Below, piece by piece: positions 17,243-28,157 of a stretch of 64,000 nucleotides of DNA. A program made the position numbers and the translations under genes. The notes under the pieces are model-generated. The model searched no databases. It saw only the letters and a program-made list of their open reading frames with translations, and was not told the DNA's origin. The DNA comes from an uncultured Roseburia sp. (GTDB lineage: Bacteria > Bacillota > Clostridia > Lachnospirales > Lachnospiraceae). Location of the stretch: NCBI GenBank assembly GCA_947174805.1, contig CAMWKH010000007.1, forward strand, positions 10,345-74,344, read 5' to 3'. Each line of letters begins with the position of its first letter. Position 1 is the stretch's first letter.

Positions 17243-17260
17243 TTGTAAAAATTTTAACAC
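17243..17260. promoter_or_regulatory. Candidate Rex box upstream of glpK
   Basis: TTGTAAA-AATT-TTAACAC versus the clostridial Rex pattern TTGTTAA-N4-TTAACAA (2 mismatches); AT-rich context. Confidence 0.45.
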
Positions 17261-17359
17261 TTCTCCCTTTTTGTCTAAAGACAATTCGCACAAATTGAGT
17301 TACACTTAATTCATCAGATGCGTGATACTTAACAAAAAAACGAAAAAATGGAGGGGTAA

Positions 17360-18859
<1,500 letters not shown>

Positions 18860-18883
18860 AAACAGACTGAGGGGGGAATTTTT

Positions 18884-19597
18884 ATGTTACCGTATATTGC
18901 AGAATTCGTTGGAACATGTATGCTTATTATTTTAGGTGACGGTGTTGTTGCCAATGTAACTTTAAACAAATCAGGCATGAAGGGAGCTGGCTCGATTCAA
19001 ATCACTCTTGCTTGGGGTCTTGCAGTTTTGGTTCCGGCATTCATTTTCGGAGAGGCTTCCGGCGCATCTTTCAACCCGGCGCTTACCATTGCCCTAGCTG
19101 CTGACGGCAGTTTTGCATGGAGCATGGTGCCCGGATATGTTGTAGCACAGATAGCAGGTGCTTTCTTAGGTGCATGTATTGTATATATCTTATTTAAAGA
19201 GCAGTTTGACGCCACAGAAGATCCCGGCTCCAAATTGGGATGTTTCTCCACTGGCCCGTCTGTTCCCAATATGCCTCTGAATATCTTAAGTGAGGCCATT
19301 GGTACATTTGTTTTAGTATTTGCCATCAAAGGTATCGGCAATGTAACAGGACTTTCCGTAGGTGTGGATAAATTATTCGTATTTGGAATTATCGTTTCCG
19401 TTGGTATGTCCCTTGGTGGATTGACAGGATATGCGATTAACCCAGCCAGAGACTTAGGTCCCCGTCTTGCACATGCTGTGCTTCCGATTAAAGGAAAAGG
19501 CGATTCCAACTTTGGATACGGACTGGTTGTACCGGTTATCGGGCCAATCCTTGGCGCATTAGCAGCAGTTGGATTATATGCAGTTATTCCATGGTAA
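18884..19597 (+). CDS. glpF: Glycerol uptake facilitator (aquaglyceroporin)
   Basis: Two NPA motifs (SFNPAL; YAINPARDLGPR). Confidence 0.96.
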   Translation: MLPYIAEFVGTCMLIILGDGVVANVTLNKSGMKGAGSIQITLAWGLAVLVPAFIFGEASGASFNPALTIALAADGSFAWSMVPGYVVAQIAGAFLGACIVYILFKEQFDATEDPGSKLGCFSTGPSVPNMPLNILSEAIGTFVLVFAIKGIGNVTGLSVGVDKLFVFGIIVSVGMSLGGLTGYAINPARDLGPRLAHAVLPIKGKGDSNFGYGLVVPVIGPILGALAAVGLYAVIPW

Positions 19598-19671
19598 TAT
19601 TGTTCGTGCTTGACTTTACACTTGCATTTTACAAAAGGGAACTACATAAAACCTAAAAATTAAATGAATGT

Positions 19672-19731
19672 AAGAGTTAAGAGCCATGCAGGATACATCG
19701 GAAACGATGTCTAATAAGCATGGCTCTTTTT
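19672..19731 (+). promoter_or_regulatory. GlpP-type antitermination leader (terminator with an inner GAAA hairpin) between glpF and the G3P dehydrogenase genes
   Basis: AAGAGCCATGC...GCATGGCTCTT stem + T-tract, inner ACATCG-GAAA-CGATGT; the same architecture occurs upstream of glpP. Confidence 0.75.
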
Positions 19732-19794
19732 CACGACAAGTGAAACAGCTGGCTGTTTCATCTTGTAAAAAAACAAAATTAGGAGGACTATAAT

Positions 19795-21240
19795 ATGTAT
19801 GATGTAGTAATCATTGGAGCCGGTGTGACCGGAAGTTCCAGTGCAAGGGAACTTTCCCGTTATAATCTGAATATCTGTGTGATAGACAAAGAGGAAGATG
19901 TATGCTGCGGCACATCCAAGGCAAACAGCGCCATTGTCCACTCTGGTATCGACTGCAAACCGGGGACTTTAATGGCCGAGATGAACGTAAAAGGAAATGA
20001 ACTGATGGAGCCTCTCTCCAAGGAGCTGGATTTTGAATTTAAGAGAAACGGTTCTTTGATCCTGTGTTTTGCAGAGGAGGATATGCCCCACTTAAAAGAA
20101 CTTTATCAGCAGGGAATCGATAATAAAATACCCGATATTAAAATCTTAAACAAAGAGGAACTCCACGAGATGGAGCCCAATATTTCCGATGAAGCCGTCG
20201 CTGCGATTTATGCACCTTCCGGAGGAATTGTATGTCCCTTCGGCATGAATATTGCTATGGCGGAAAATGCCTATGACAACGGCGTGGAATTCCGTTTTAA
20301 CACGGAAGTGAGAACCATTAAAAAGATAGAAGGCGGCTATGAGCTTGCCACAAACAACGGCAGTATCCGTACAAAATGCGTGGTGAATGCAGCAGGGGTC
20401 TATGCAGACAAATTCCATAATATGGTCAGCGCTAAAAAGATTCATATCACCCCCAGAAGAGGAGAGTACTGCCTCCTTGACAAAACCACCGGAGGACTGG
20501 TAAGTAAAACCATATTCCAGCTTCCAGGAAAATACGGAAAAGGAATCCTGGTAACGCCTACGGTTCACGGCAATACTTTAATCGGGCCTACCGCAGATGA
20601 CCATGACGATCCGGAATCCACCAGCACAACAGCAGAAGGCCTTGCCCATGTATGCCAGGCTGCCACAAGAAGTGTTCCCAGTGTTCCCGTGCGCCAGGTA
20701 ATCACCTCTTTCTCCGGCAACCGTGCCCATGAAGACAACCATGAATTTATTATTGAGGAACTTAGCGACGCACCTTTCTTTGTGGATGCTGCAGGAATTG
20801 AGTCCCCCGGACTTACCAGCGCCCCGGCTATCGGAGTTAAGGTTGCCGATATTGTATGCGGACTGTTGAAACCGGAAAAGAACCCGGCCTTTAACGGCAC
20901 GAGAAAAGGGATTGTTGATCCTAAGAAACTCTCAGAGGAAGAGTATGCAAAACTCATTAAAGAGAAACCCGCTTACGGTAATATTATCTGCCGGTGTGAG
21001 ACAGTGACAGAGGGTGAAATCATAGATGCCATCACAAGGTCCTTAGGTGCAAAATCCTTAGACGGGGTGAAGCGCAGGACGAGAGCGGGAATGGGACGGT
21101 GCCAGGCAGGTTTCTGTTCACCGAAGACCATGGAGATTATCGGAAGAGAATTGGGACTTTCCCAGCTTGAGATTACAAAGAACGGCGGAAAATCCAATAT
21201 GGTAGTGGGTTACAGCAAAAAGAGCGCACAGGAGGTATAA
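19795..21240 (+). CDS. glpA: FAD-dependent glycerol-3-phosphate dehydrogenase subunit (GlpA/LhgO-like) with a C-terminal BFD-like [2Fe-2S] domain
   Basis: GAGVTG FAD motif, GTSKANSAIVH, ICRCETV and RAGMGRCQAGFC; lies in the glpKF operon. Confidence 0.85.
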   Translation: MYDVVIIGAGVTGSSSARELSRYNLNICVIDKEEDVCCGTSKANSAIVHSGIDCKPGTLMAEMNVKGNELMEPLSKELDFEFKRNGSLILCFAEEDMPHLKELYQQGIDNKIPDIKILNKEELHEMEPNISDEAVAAIYAPSGGIVCPFGMNIAMAENAYDNGVEFRFNTEVRTIKKIEGGYELATNNGSIRTKCVVNAAGVYADKFHNMVSAKKIHITPRRGEYCLLDKTTGGLVSKTIFQLPGKYGKGILVTPTVHGNTLIGPTADDHDDPESTSTTAEGLAHVCQAATRSVPSVPVRQVITSFSGNRAHEDNHEFIIEELSDAPFFVDAAGIESPGLTSAPAIGVKVADIVCGLLKPEKNPAFNGTRKGIVDPKKLSEEEYAKLIKEKPAYGNIICRCETVTEGEIIDAITRSLGAKSLDGVKRRTRAGMGRCQAGFCSPKTMEIIGRELGLSQLEITKNGGKSNMVVGYSKKSAQEV

Positions 21241-21244
21241 GAAT

Positions 21245-22513
21245 ATGAGTTCCTATGATATCGTAATTATCGGCGGGGGTCCTGCAGGACTTGCAGCAGC
21301 AGCATCCGCAAAAAGAAACGGGATTGACAGTATATTAATCTTAGAAAGAGACAGTCAGTTAGGCGGTATATTAAATCAGTGTATCCACAATGGATTTGGG
21401 CTTCACACATTTAAGGAAGAGCTTACCGGGCCGGAATATGCAAAACGCTTTATTGACCAGGTGGAGGAGCTGAAAATTGAATATAAATTAAATACCATGG
21501 TTATGGATATCGCCGACGATAAAACCATTACGGCAATGAACCGTACCGATGGATTATTTAAAATTGAGGCAAAAGCCATTGTCCTTGCCATGGGATGCAG
21601 GGAGCGTTCCAGAGGAGCATTAAATATTCCGGGATTCCGTCCTGCAGGAGTATACTCAGCAGGTACAGCCCAGCGTCTGGTAAACATTGAAGGGTATATG
21701 CCAGGCCGGGAAGTTGTAATTTTAGGATCCGGTGATATCGGACTGATTATGGCGAGACGTATGACCTTAGAGGGTGCAAAAGTTAAGGTTGTAGCAGAGT
21801 TGATGCCATTCTCCGGCGGTTTAAAGAGAAATATTGTACAGTGTCTTGACGATTTTGGCATTCCTTTAAAATTAAGCCATACTGTAGTGGATATCCGGGG
21901 CAAGGAGCGCTTGGAGGGAATTACTCTGGCGGAAGTTGACAATCACGGAAAACCGATTCCCGGCACAGAGGAGGATTATACCTGTGATACTTTGCTCTTA
22001 TCCTGCGGTTTGATTCCGGAAAACGAGCTGTCCAGGGGAATCGGCGTGGATATGAATGCCATCACCAGCGGGCCTTCCGTAAACGAGTCCTTAGAAACCA
22101 GCATCGAGGGAGTATTTGCCTGCGGTAATGTGCTCCATGTGCATGATCTGGTGGATTTTGTGTCGGAGGAAGCAGCGGCAGCAGGAAAGAATGCGGCAAA
22201 ATATGTACAGAACAACTGTACCATGGGAGAGGCAGGAAAAGAGATTCCTATTATCGCCACCGACGGCGTGCGTTACACCGTTCCAAAGACGATTCATGTG
22301 AACCGTATGGAGGATGAGCTTGTAGTCCGTTTCCGTGTGGGCGCCGTTTACAAAAACAGCTATATTACCACATATTTAAATGATAAACAGATTATCCACA
22401 GGAAGAGACCTATTATGGCTCCCGGCGAGATGGAAGAGATTAAGCTGAAAAAATCCGAACTGGAAGCATTTGGCGGTTTAGAAAATATTACTGTGAAAAT
22501 AGAGGAGGCATAA
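21245..22513 (+). CDS. NAD(P)/FAD-dependent oxidoreductase, partner of the GlpA-like subunit
   Basis: GGGPAG, LNQCIHNGFG, GSGDIG, FACGNVLHVHD. Confidence 0.88.
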   Translation: MSSYDIVIIGGGPAGLAAAASAKRNGIDSILILERDSQLGGILNQCIHNGFGLHTFKEELTGPEYAKRFIDQVEELKIEYKLNTMVMDIADDKTITAMNRTDGLFKIEAKAIVLAMGCRERSRGALNIPGFRPAGVYSAGTAQRLVNIEGYMPGREVVILGSGDIGLIMARRMTLEGAKVKVVAELMPFSGGLKRNIVQCLDDFGIPLKLSHTVVDIRGKERLEGITLAEVDNHGKPIPGTEEDYTCDTLLLSCGLIPENELSRGIGVDMNAITSGPSVNESLETSIEGVFACGNVLHVHDLVDFVSEEAAAAGKNAAKYVQNNCTMGEAGKEIPIIATDGVRYTVPKTIHVNRMEDELVVRFRVGAVYKNSYITTYLNDKQIIHRKRPIMAPGEMEEIKLKKSELEAFGGLENITVKIEEA

Positions 22514-22516
22514 ATC

Positions 22517-22885
22517 ATGGATGTTAGAAATCTTACCTGTATCGGTTGCCCTTTAGGCTGCGCCCTTAAGGTTGAAATGGAAAACGGAGAAGTACTTAGC
22601 GTAAGCGGAAATACCTGCAAACGCGGGGATGATTACGCCAGAAAAGAAGTGACGCATCCAACCCGTATTGTCACCAGCACCGTAGCTGTGACAGGAGGGG
22701 ATATTGCCATGGTATCCGTAAAAACCCAGAATGATATTCCGAAAGAGAAGATTATGGATATTATGAAGAGCATTGAAGATATCAAGGTGGAAGCTCCCGT
22801 TCACATTGGTGATGTGATTGTGGCAAATGCGGCAGACACCGGGGTGAATATCATTGCTACAAAAGATATTAAAAAAGTGGGCTAG
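22517..22885 (+). CDS. Small Cys-motif protein (DUF1667-like), third gene of the G3P dehydrogenase module
   Basis: LTCIGCPLGC...GNTCKRG, four-Cys pattern. Confidence 0.85.
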   Translation: MDVRNLTCIGCPLGCALKVEMENGEVLSVSGNTCKRGDDYARKEVTHPTRIVTSTVAVTGGDIAMVSVKTQNDIPKEKIMDIMKSIEDIKVEAPVHIGDVIVANAADTGVNIIATKDIKKVG

Positions 22886-22923
22886 TACAGAGTGAATAAA
22901 TTTTGCCGTACTGGATAAAAAGG

Positions 22924-22965
22924 AAAACAGGGCGTGTGTCATCATCTTTCACACGCCCTGTTTTT
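22924..22965. terminator. Bidirectional terminator between the glp operon and the mannanase gene
   Basis: AAAACAGGGCGTGTG...CACACGCCCTGTTTT perfect 15-bp inverted repeat. Confidence 0.9.
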
Positions 22966-22988
22966 AATATCAATGTCTAGCAGTATTT

Positions 22989-25900
22989 CTATTTGCTTAT
23001 TTTAAGTTTCTTTACATTTGAATATTTGCTGTACACTTTCTTTCCTGCGGAGTCTTTCTTGTATGCCCGGACCCTCACATAGTAAGTCTTACCTTTTTTC
23101 AGGTTCTTTATGGTGTAGCTTGTCTTGCTGGTACTTTTCTTTGTCACCGATTTTTTAAACTTTTTATCGGTGGAATAGGAGATTTCATATCCCTTTGCAC
23201 CGGATACTTTTTTGTATTTCAGTGCGATTTGTTTGCTCTTATTGTTTTTCGCTGAGGTAAGTTCTGTTTTATTTACCTTGATTTTCTCCCATTTTGCATA
23301 GAGGGTATAGTTTTTCTTTGTTCCCTTTTTAATGGTAGTAATTTTTTTCTTGAACTTCTTGTCTGTATACCAGCCTTTAAATGCGTAACCCTTGCGGCTG
23401 GGCTTTTCCAGCTTCACTTTTTCATTATAATAAGCCGCCGGATTTTTGCTGTTGTTCTTTCCTTTATTCAGCTTGTAGGTAATGCCGTATCCTACCGTAA
23501 GTTTGCAGGTTGCCTTTACGCCGCTGCCGTCTTTTGCCTTTGCGGTAATGGTTACTCTGCCGTATTTTTTGCCTTTCACTTTGCCCTTACTGTTCACAGT
23601 AGCGATTTTCTTATTGGAAGAAGACCAGGTAAGTCCTGCCTTTTTTGCGTCAGCAGGTGTAACGGTAGCTTTTAACTGTAAGGTTTTTCCTTTTTTCACT
23701 GCAGCCGTTTTACCCAGTTTAATTTTGGTTTTTTCTTCCGGTGCCACTACGGGCTGGTCTGTCACTGCGTAGCCGTTTACAATGGTAAGCTTGGATAAAT
23801 CTACATTTGCAAACTGGATATCGTCAAATACAATAGAGGAATCGACGTCAACCCCGTTTCCGCCCTCGGGCAGGATACTATTGCACCACACGGCAAATTT
23901 TGTAATGCTCTTGGGGTCGAAGGTTCCGTTCTGTTTTCCTTTCAGCTGGCTGAATGGGATGGTTACATATTTTGCATCTGTGGTCTTTACGAAATCTGTG
24001 AGGATTGCCTCAAAATCTTCTCCGTTTGACACTAGCTGGATTACCAGTTTCTGGCCTTTTCCGTCGGGTTTTACCCACATGGTAAGGCAGTTGTTTGAAC
24101 TGTAATCTATAGAATCTAAGCCTTTCATCCGTCCTGTCCATACTTCCGGGCCGCTTGTCTTTAAGCGGTAGTGGAATGCGCCTCCGAAGCTGCCGCCAGA
24201 TTTGTTCGTGCTGTCCAATTCAAAGGCGGAACTGCAGGCTGCCGCAGAATTTTCCGTGTAAGTTCCGGAAAGGTAATCATTGTCCCCGTAGTACAGTTCA
24301 AAGTTGTCAATCATATTTGCCGGCATTTTGTCTTTTTCTTTGCCGAAACTTATGAATGTAAGTACTGATAAAGTTTTGCCGTTTGCCACAAGGCTTATTG
24401 TTCCCACATCGGTAAGTCCTAAAGCATCTAAAGTCCCTTTAGTTACCACAGCCTCATAACTTGTGCCGTTGCTCTGTGCCGTTAAGGTTTCTGTCTTACT
24501 GCCGTTTTGTAATACAAACTGTACCTGGGATGCGTTTCTCACGTTTGCGGATAAAACTTTTCCTTCTTTTATCACGTCTTTGGGGAATACATTGGTAAAA
24601 TAGCCTCCCGGATTTCTGGGATTGCTGTTGGTCACTGCTTTGCCTGCCGCACTCCCGTAGAAGTTTGTGCCGTTGGCAAATACGGAAGAGCTCTCATTGT
24701 AAAAATCAATAAATTCGTTGATTAACTCCTGTCCCTTATCACCGTTTTTGTATGGGATATAAAAGTTTGTGTCGCCGAAATTCGCCCACACCAGGAAATA
24801 TGGCATTCCAGTGTCTTTTGCAATCTGGTTTACTTTGCTGTACCAATTCTGACCCTTGATGGGGTTGTCTTTTACTAAAATACCTTCGATATCAGAGCCG
24901 TCCGCTTTCATGACCCGGACACCGGTTTCTGCGATTGCTGCCACTTTGCCCCTCTTATCACCGAAGCTCTTTACCACCTGGCAGGTAGTCCGAAGGCTGT
25001 CCATAAAGCTGTCGGAATACTGAGCAGGGTAGGAGTTGTAGTCGTTGTAATAGTCAAATCCAACGATATCTACATATTCGTCTCCCGGATAGCGTTTTGC
25101 ATATTCTTCCTCGGAAGAGATAGGGCCGTTGGGGGAATACACATAGATAAAGTTATGTACTCCTCTGGATGCTAAGTAGTCCTCCGTATAGCGGAACAGT
25201 GCGTTGTATGTCTCCACATCTGTGCTCGCAGCGCCCCACCAGAACCAGCCGCCGCTGTTTTCGTGGTACGGACGGTATAAAACCGGAATGTTTTCTGCCT
25301 GAAGCGCCAGGGCATAGTCGGCAATAATATCCATGTATGCGGTGAACTGTGCGTTATATTTTCCTCCCGGAAGACATTCCCTTGCACAGTTGTTGGATAA
25401 ATCTTTGGATTCCATAAAGTCGCAGCCGGAAAAATCATATTTATATTTTCCCTCCGGTGTGGCTATAATTTTGGAATTGCTCATGTTTGGCATGTGGGTG
25501 GAGAGAGTGATAATAGCACCCTCTGATGCGGCTTTTTTACTGATTTCCACGGATTTTGCCACTGCTGCCGATACATCGGTCATTCCAAGCTCTGCACCGG
25601 TAAGGGCCAGGGAATCGATACCTACAACGCCGCTGATACTCCCTGTCACATCTTTTGTGTCAGAATATACGCCGTCATTTTTTCCTACACATTTGTGGGT
25701 GTCGTTCTGGTGTCCGAAGAGCACCTGATCTGCGCTGTCCAACCCTTTTAAATATGCATACAGCGCTTTCGTGGTACTGTTTGCATCTGCGTCTGCCAGG
25801 ACAACGTCTCCCGGCATCTGGCTGGTATCCGCTTTTGTTCCGGCCCCTGGTGTGGAAGTGATATCCACAAAGTCTGCGGAGCTGTCGTACTGAGAGAGGA

Positions 25901-27290
25901 CGATGTTGTCAATGTATACATCTCCCTGAAAAGCGGTGGATACACCTACAATACCAAGGGTAAGGTCGGTAAGCTTTGTTTTGTTGGGCTGAAACTTAAT
26001 AGAAACCGCCGCTTTTTTCATGCCGCCTCCTATGTCTGTTCCCTCTACAGCAGTGTCTTTGTTGATAATTTCTGTACCGCTGTCGGAATTGTTTGCAAAT
26101 CCTTTCACTTTAAAGCTGTCAAAGGAAGCGGGGTATGTCAGGTCAAAGGTCAAAAGATTGTAGGCGGACACGTCAATGCCTCCGGCAATATTCTTTTTGA
26201 TTTTTGCCTCGCTCCATCCCTCGGCGGAATTTTGGCTGTAATCCAGCCCTACTTTTAACTGGTTACTGCCGTTTAGAGCTGCCACAGAGGTGGTGACATC
26301 CCCATCGTATTTGTATCCTTCTTCCTTTGTCCATCCTGCGTTGCTTCCCACTGCAGCATCTTCAAAGTCGTCCACGGTGTAAGGACCCTGGGAGGGAAGG
26401 GGAGCGGAATCCTCGCCTTTTAACAGTTTTACATTGGAAACAGACACGGTTCCGTTAAATCCCTGTCCCACAATTTCAAAATAAATACCTTTTAAGTCAG
26501 CAGGCGTAATATCAGTAAATGATATGGAAATATCTGTCTGATAGGTACTTCCTGATTGTGTAAAGCTGCCTTTTTTTAACTGCTTAATGTCGCTGCTGTC
26601 ATTCCATGACCAATCGTCCCCCAGTTTTACAACGCCTTGGATTTTTACATAATTGTCCTCAGCGGACAAGGAAGTATAAGATGCGGCATCCATGGAGACT
26701 GCAGCTGTCATGGTAAAGTTTTCCGGTGCGGTGATACCGGAAATACTTTCATCATACTTGATTTCTGATTTATTATCCCAATCCTCTGTTGGCAGGTTCA
26801 AAGGGTCTGATGAAACTGTTTTTGTGCCAGTATAGAAGGCTGTCCCTGCCGCAGCAAGTTCCTCTGTATCCTCCGATAAATCTTCCTCTTTTGTATCCTC
26901 GGTTTCTGTTGTCTCCTCCGTGGATTCCGTGGGAATCGTTTCCTCTGTAGATTCGGGAATTGCCCCTGTCTCAGGATTTGTCTCCGTCTCCGGGGTCTGG
27001 TCTGCCTGAGTTTCATTTGCATTTGTGTCCTGGGCATTTTCCTGTGTCTCTTTGTCCTGGGCGTTTTCCTGTGTCTCTGTGTCCTGGACAGTTTCTGTGT
27101 CTTGGTTGGTTTCCTGCTCTTCCTGGGTTTCTGTCTCCGGGATGTTTTCTGACGAAACAGAAGATTCCGGTGACGCTGCACTTGCAGCATGCACCGTAAC
27201 CTGGTCGTTTGGCAGACAAACAGACGAGATTGTCATTGCCGCAGCCAAGCCCATTGCAGCCATTCGCTTCAATAAAACTTTTCTTCTCAT
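22989..27290 (-). CDS. Secreted modular GH26 endo-beta-mannanase (signal peptide, acidic linker, CBM-like modules, GH26, CBM-like module, Ig-like, InlB B-repeat-like, FN3-like)
   Basis: GH26 motifs FGHQN, RPYHENSGGWFWWG (acid/base E), VDIVGFDYY, IAETG (nucleophile); C-terminal Big_2-like, KPSRKGYAFKGWY and GKTYYVRVRAY modules. Confidence 0.9.
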   Translation of the reverse strand: MRRKVLLKRMAAMGLAAAMTISSVCLPNDQVTVHAASAASPESSVSSENIPETETQEEQETNQDTETVQDTETQENAQDKETQENAQDTNANETQADQTPETETNPETGAIPESTEETIPTESTEETTETEDTKEEDLSEDTEELAAAGTAFYTGTKTVSSDPLNLPTEDWDNKSEIKYDESISGITAPENFTMTAAVSMDAASYTSLSAEDNYVKIQGVVKLGDDWSWNDSSDIKQLKKGSFTQSGSTYQTDISISFTDITPADLKGIYFEIVGQGFNGTVSVSNVKLLKGEDSAPLPSQGPYTVDDFEDAAVGSNAGWTKEEGYKYDGDVTTSVAALNGSNQLKVGLDYSQNSAEGWSEAKIKKNIAGGIDVSAYNLLTFDLTYPASFDSFKVKGFANNSDSGTEIINKDTAVEGTDIGGGMKKAAVSIKFQPNKTKLTDLTLGIVGVSTAFQGDVYIDNIVLSQYDSSADFVDITSTPGAGTKADTSQMPGDVVLADADANSTTKALYAYLKGLDSADQVLFGHQNDTHKCVGKNDGVYSDTKDVTGSISGVVGIDSLALTGAELGMTDVSAAVAKSVEISKKAASEGAIITLSTHMPNMSNSKIIATPEGKYKYDFSGCDFMESKDLSNNCARECLPGGKYNAQFTAYMDIIADYALALQAENIPVLYRPYHENSGGWFWWGAASTDVETYNALFRYTEDYLASRGVHNFIYVYSPNGPISSEEEYAKRYPGDEYVDIVGFDYYNDYNSYPAQYSDSFMDSLRTTCQVVKSFGDKRGKVAAIAETGVRVMKADGSDIEGILVKDNPIKGQNWYSKVNQIAKDTGMPYFLVWANFGDTNFYIPYKNGDKGQELINEFIDFYNESSSVFANGTNFYGSAAGKAVTNSNPRNPGGYFTNVFPKDVIKEGKVLSANVRNASQVQFVLQNGSKTETLTAQSNGTSYEAVVTKGTLDALGLTDVGTISLVANGKTLSVLTFISFGKEKDKMPANMIDNFELYYGDNDYLSGTYTENSAAACSSAFELDSTNKSGGSFGGAFHYRLKTSGPEVWTGRMKGLDSIDYSSNNCLTMWVKPDGKGQKLVIQLVSNGEDFEAILTDFVKTTDAKYVTIPFSQLKGKQNGTFDPKSITKFAVWCNSILPEGGNGVDVDSSIVFDDIQFANVDLSKLTIVNGYAVTDQPVVAPEEKTKIKLGKTAAVKKGKTLQLKATVTPADAKKAGLTWSSSNKKIATVNSKGKVKGKKYGRVTITAKAKDGSGVKATCKLTVGYGITYKLNKGKNNSKNPAAYYNEKVKLEKPSRKGYAFKGWYTDKKFKKKITTIKKGTKKNYTLYAKWEKIKVNKTELTSAKNNKSKQIALKYKKVSGAKGYEISYSTDKKFKKSVTKKSTSKTSYTIKNLKKGKTYYVRVRAYKKDSAGKKVYSKYSNVKKLKISK
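27026..27105 (-). repeat. About three 27-nt tandem repeats encoding the QDTETQENA-type linker
   Basis: TGTCCTGG(G/A)C... units start at 27026, 27053 and 27080. Confidence 0.85.
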
Positions 27291-27488
27291 GCTTTTCCTC
27301 CTTAATTATCTTGTTTGCTACATAAATTAAGACAAATAAAACAAAACCAAAGTAAATTTAGGTGAATTATAAATGCTTAATTTACTTAATATTAACTTAA
27401 AACAAGAGTAAAATAAATTGACAAATTATATGATAATAAATGTTTTTTTTTGTGCATATTTTACAAAAAGGAGTTAAGATTTGTCCAC

Positions 27489-27521
27489 AAAAAAATTGCA
27501 GGTAAATCCTGCAATTTTTTT
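27489..27521 (-). terminator. Intrinsic terminator after the DhaS-like regulator
   Basis: AAAAAAATTGCAGG-TAAAT-CCTGCAATTTTTTT perfect inverted repeat. Confidence 0.85.
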
Positions 27522-27540
27522 ATGTTCTTTATATAGATTT

Positions 27541-28122
27541 TTAGCTTGCAGCTACATTTGTTCCGATATAATCCACAGGCGCTACTAACAGGGAGCCGTT
27601 GAGTATAGAAATCATAAACTGAAAGTCTTTTATAATTTCCTCGTCGCTTAAATGTTTTCTCTGGTAAATGTAGTCTAACATGTAATAGGAAAAGGAAGTA
27701 CTGAAAAAGTCCACGCAAAACTGCCACTCTTTTGCGTATCTCTTCACGCCAAATCTGTCGCAATTTTTATACATTTTTTTAATCTGCCATTCTATGGGTT
27801 TTTTCACGCTTTGCAATATTTTGGGCCATTCGATTTCACGCACAATTTTGTCATAAAAGAATTTATCTCTCTGAATGACTTTTACTAACTGGAGAACCCA
27901 CTCTTCCAAACCGGCATTCTCGTCGCAATTAACTGCTTCTGCAAAATCATGAATTGCAATCCACTCTAAGACATCATAGATATCTTTGAAATGGTAATAA
28001 AAGCTTTGACGGCTCATATTAGTCGCAGCCATGATATCCTGAATTGTAATCTTCCGAATTTCTTTGTGATACATTAATTCTTTGACACAATCCGCAATTT
28101 TTCTCTTTGTCGAATAACACAT
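27541..28122 (-). CDS. TetR family regulator, DhaS-like
   Basis: KITIQDIMAATNMSRQSFYYHFKDIYDVLEW HTH; directly downstream of glpP. Confidence 0.85.
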   Translation of the reverse strand: MCYSTKRKIADCVKELMYHKEIRKITIQDIMAATNMSRQSFYYHFKDIYDVLEWIAIHDFAEAVNCDENAGLEEWVLQLVKVIQRDKFFYDKIVREIEWPKILQSVKKPIEWQIKKMYKNCDRFGVKRYAKEWQFCVDFFSTSFSYYMLDYIYQRKHLSDEEIIKDFQFMISILNGSLLVAPVDYIGTNVAAS

Positions 28123-28157
28123 ACATAATCCCCCTTAACACTTACGTGTACCTGCCA

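Noticed and set aside
19669-19682. cre-like site TGTAAGAGTTAAGA before glpA
   Set aside because: The central CG is broken (AG), and the sequence is explained by the GlpP leader AGAG-x-AAGAG element.
27290-27541. Read-through from glpP-tetR into the mannanase gene (glycerol-induced mannanase)
   Set aside because: A perfect terminator at 27489-27521 separates them.
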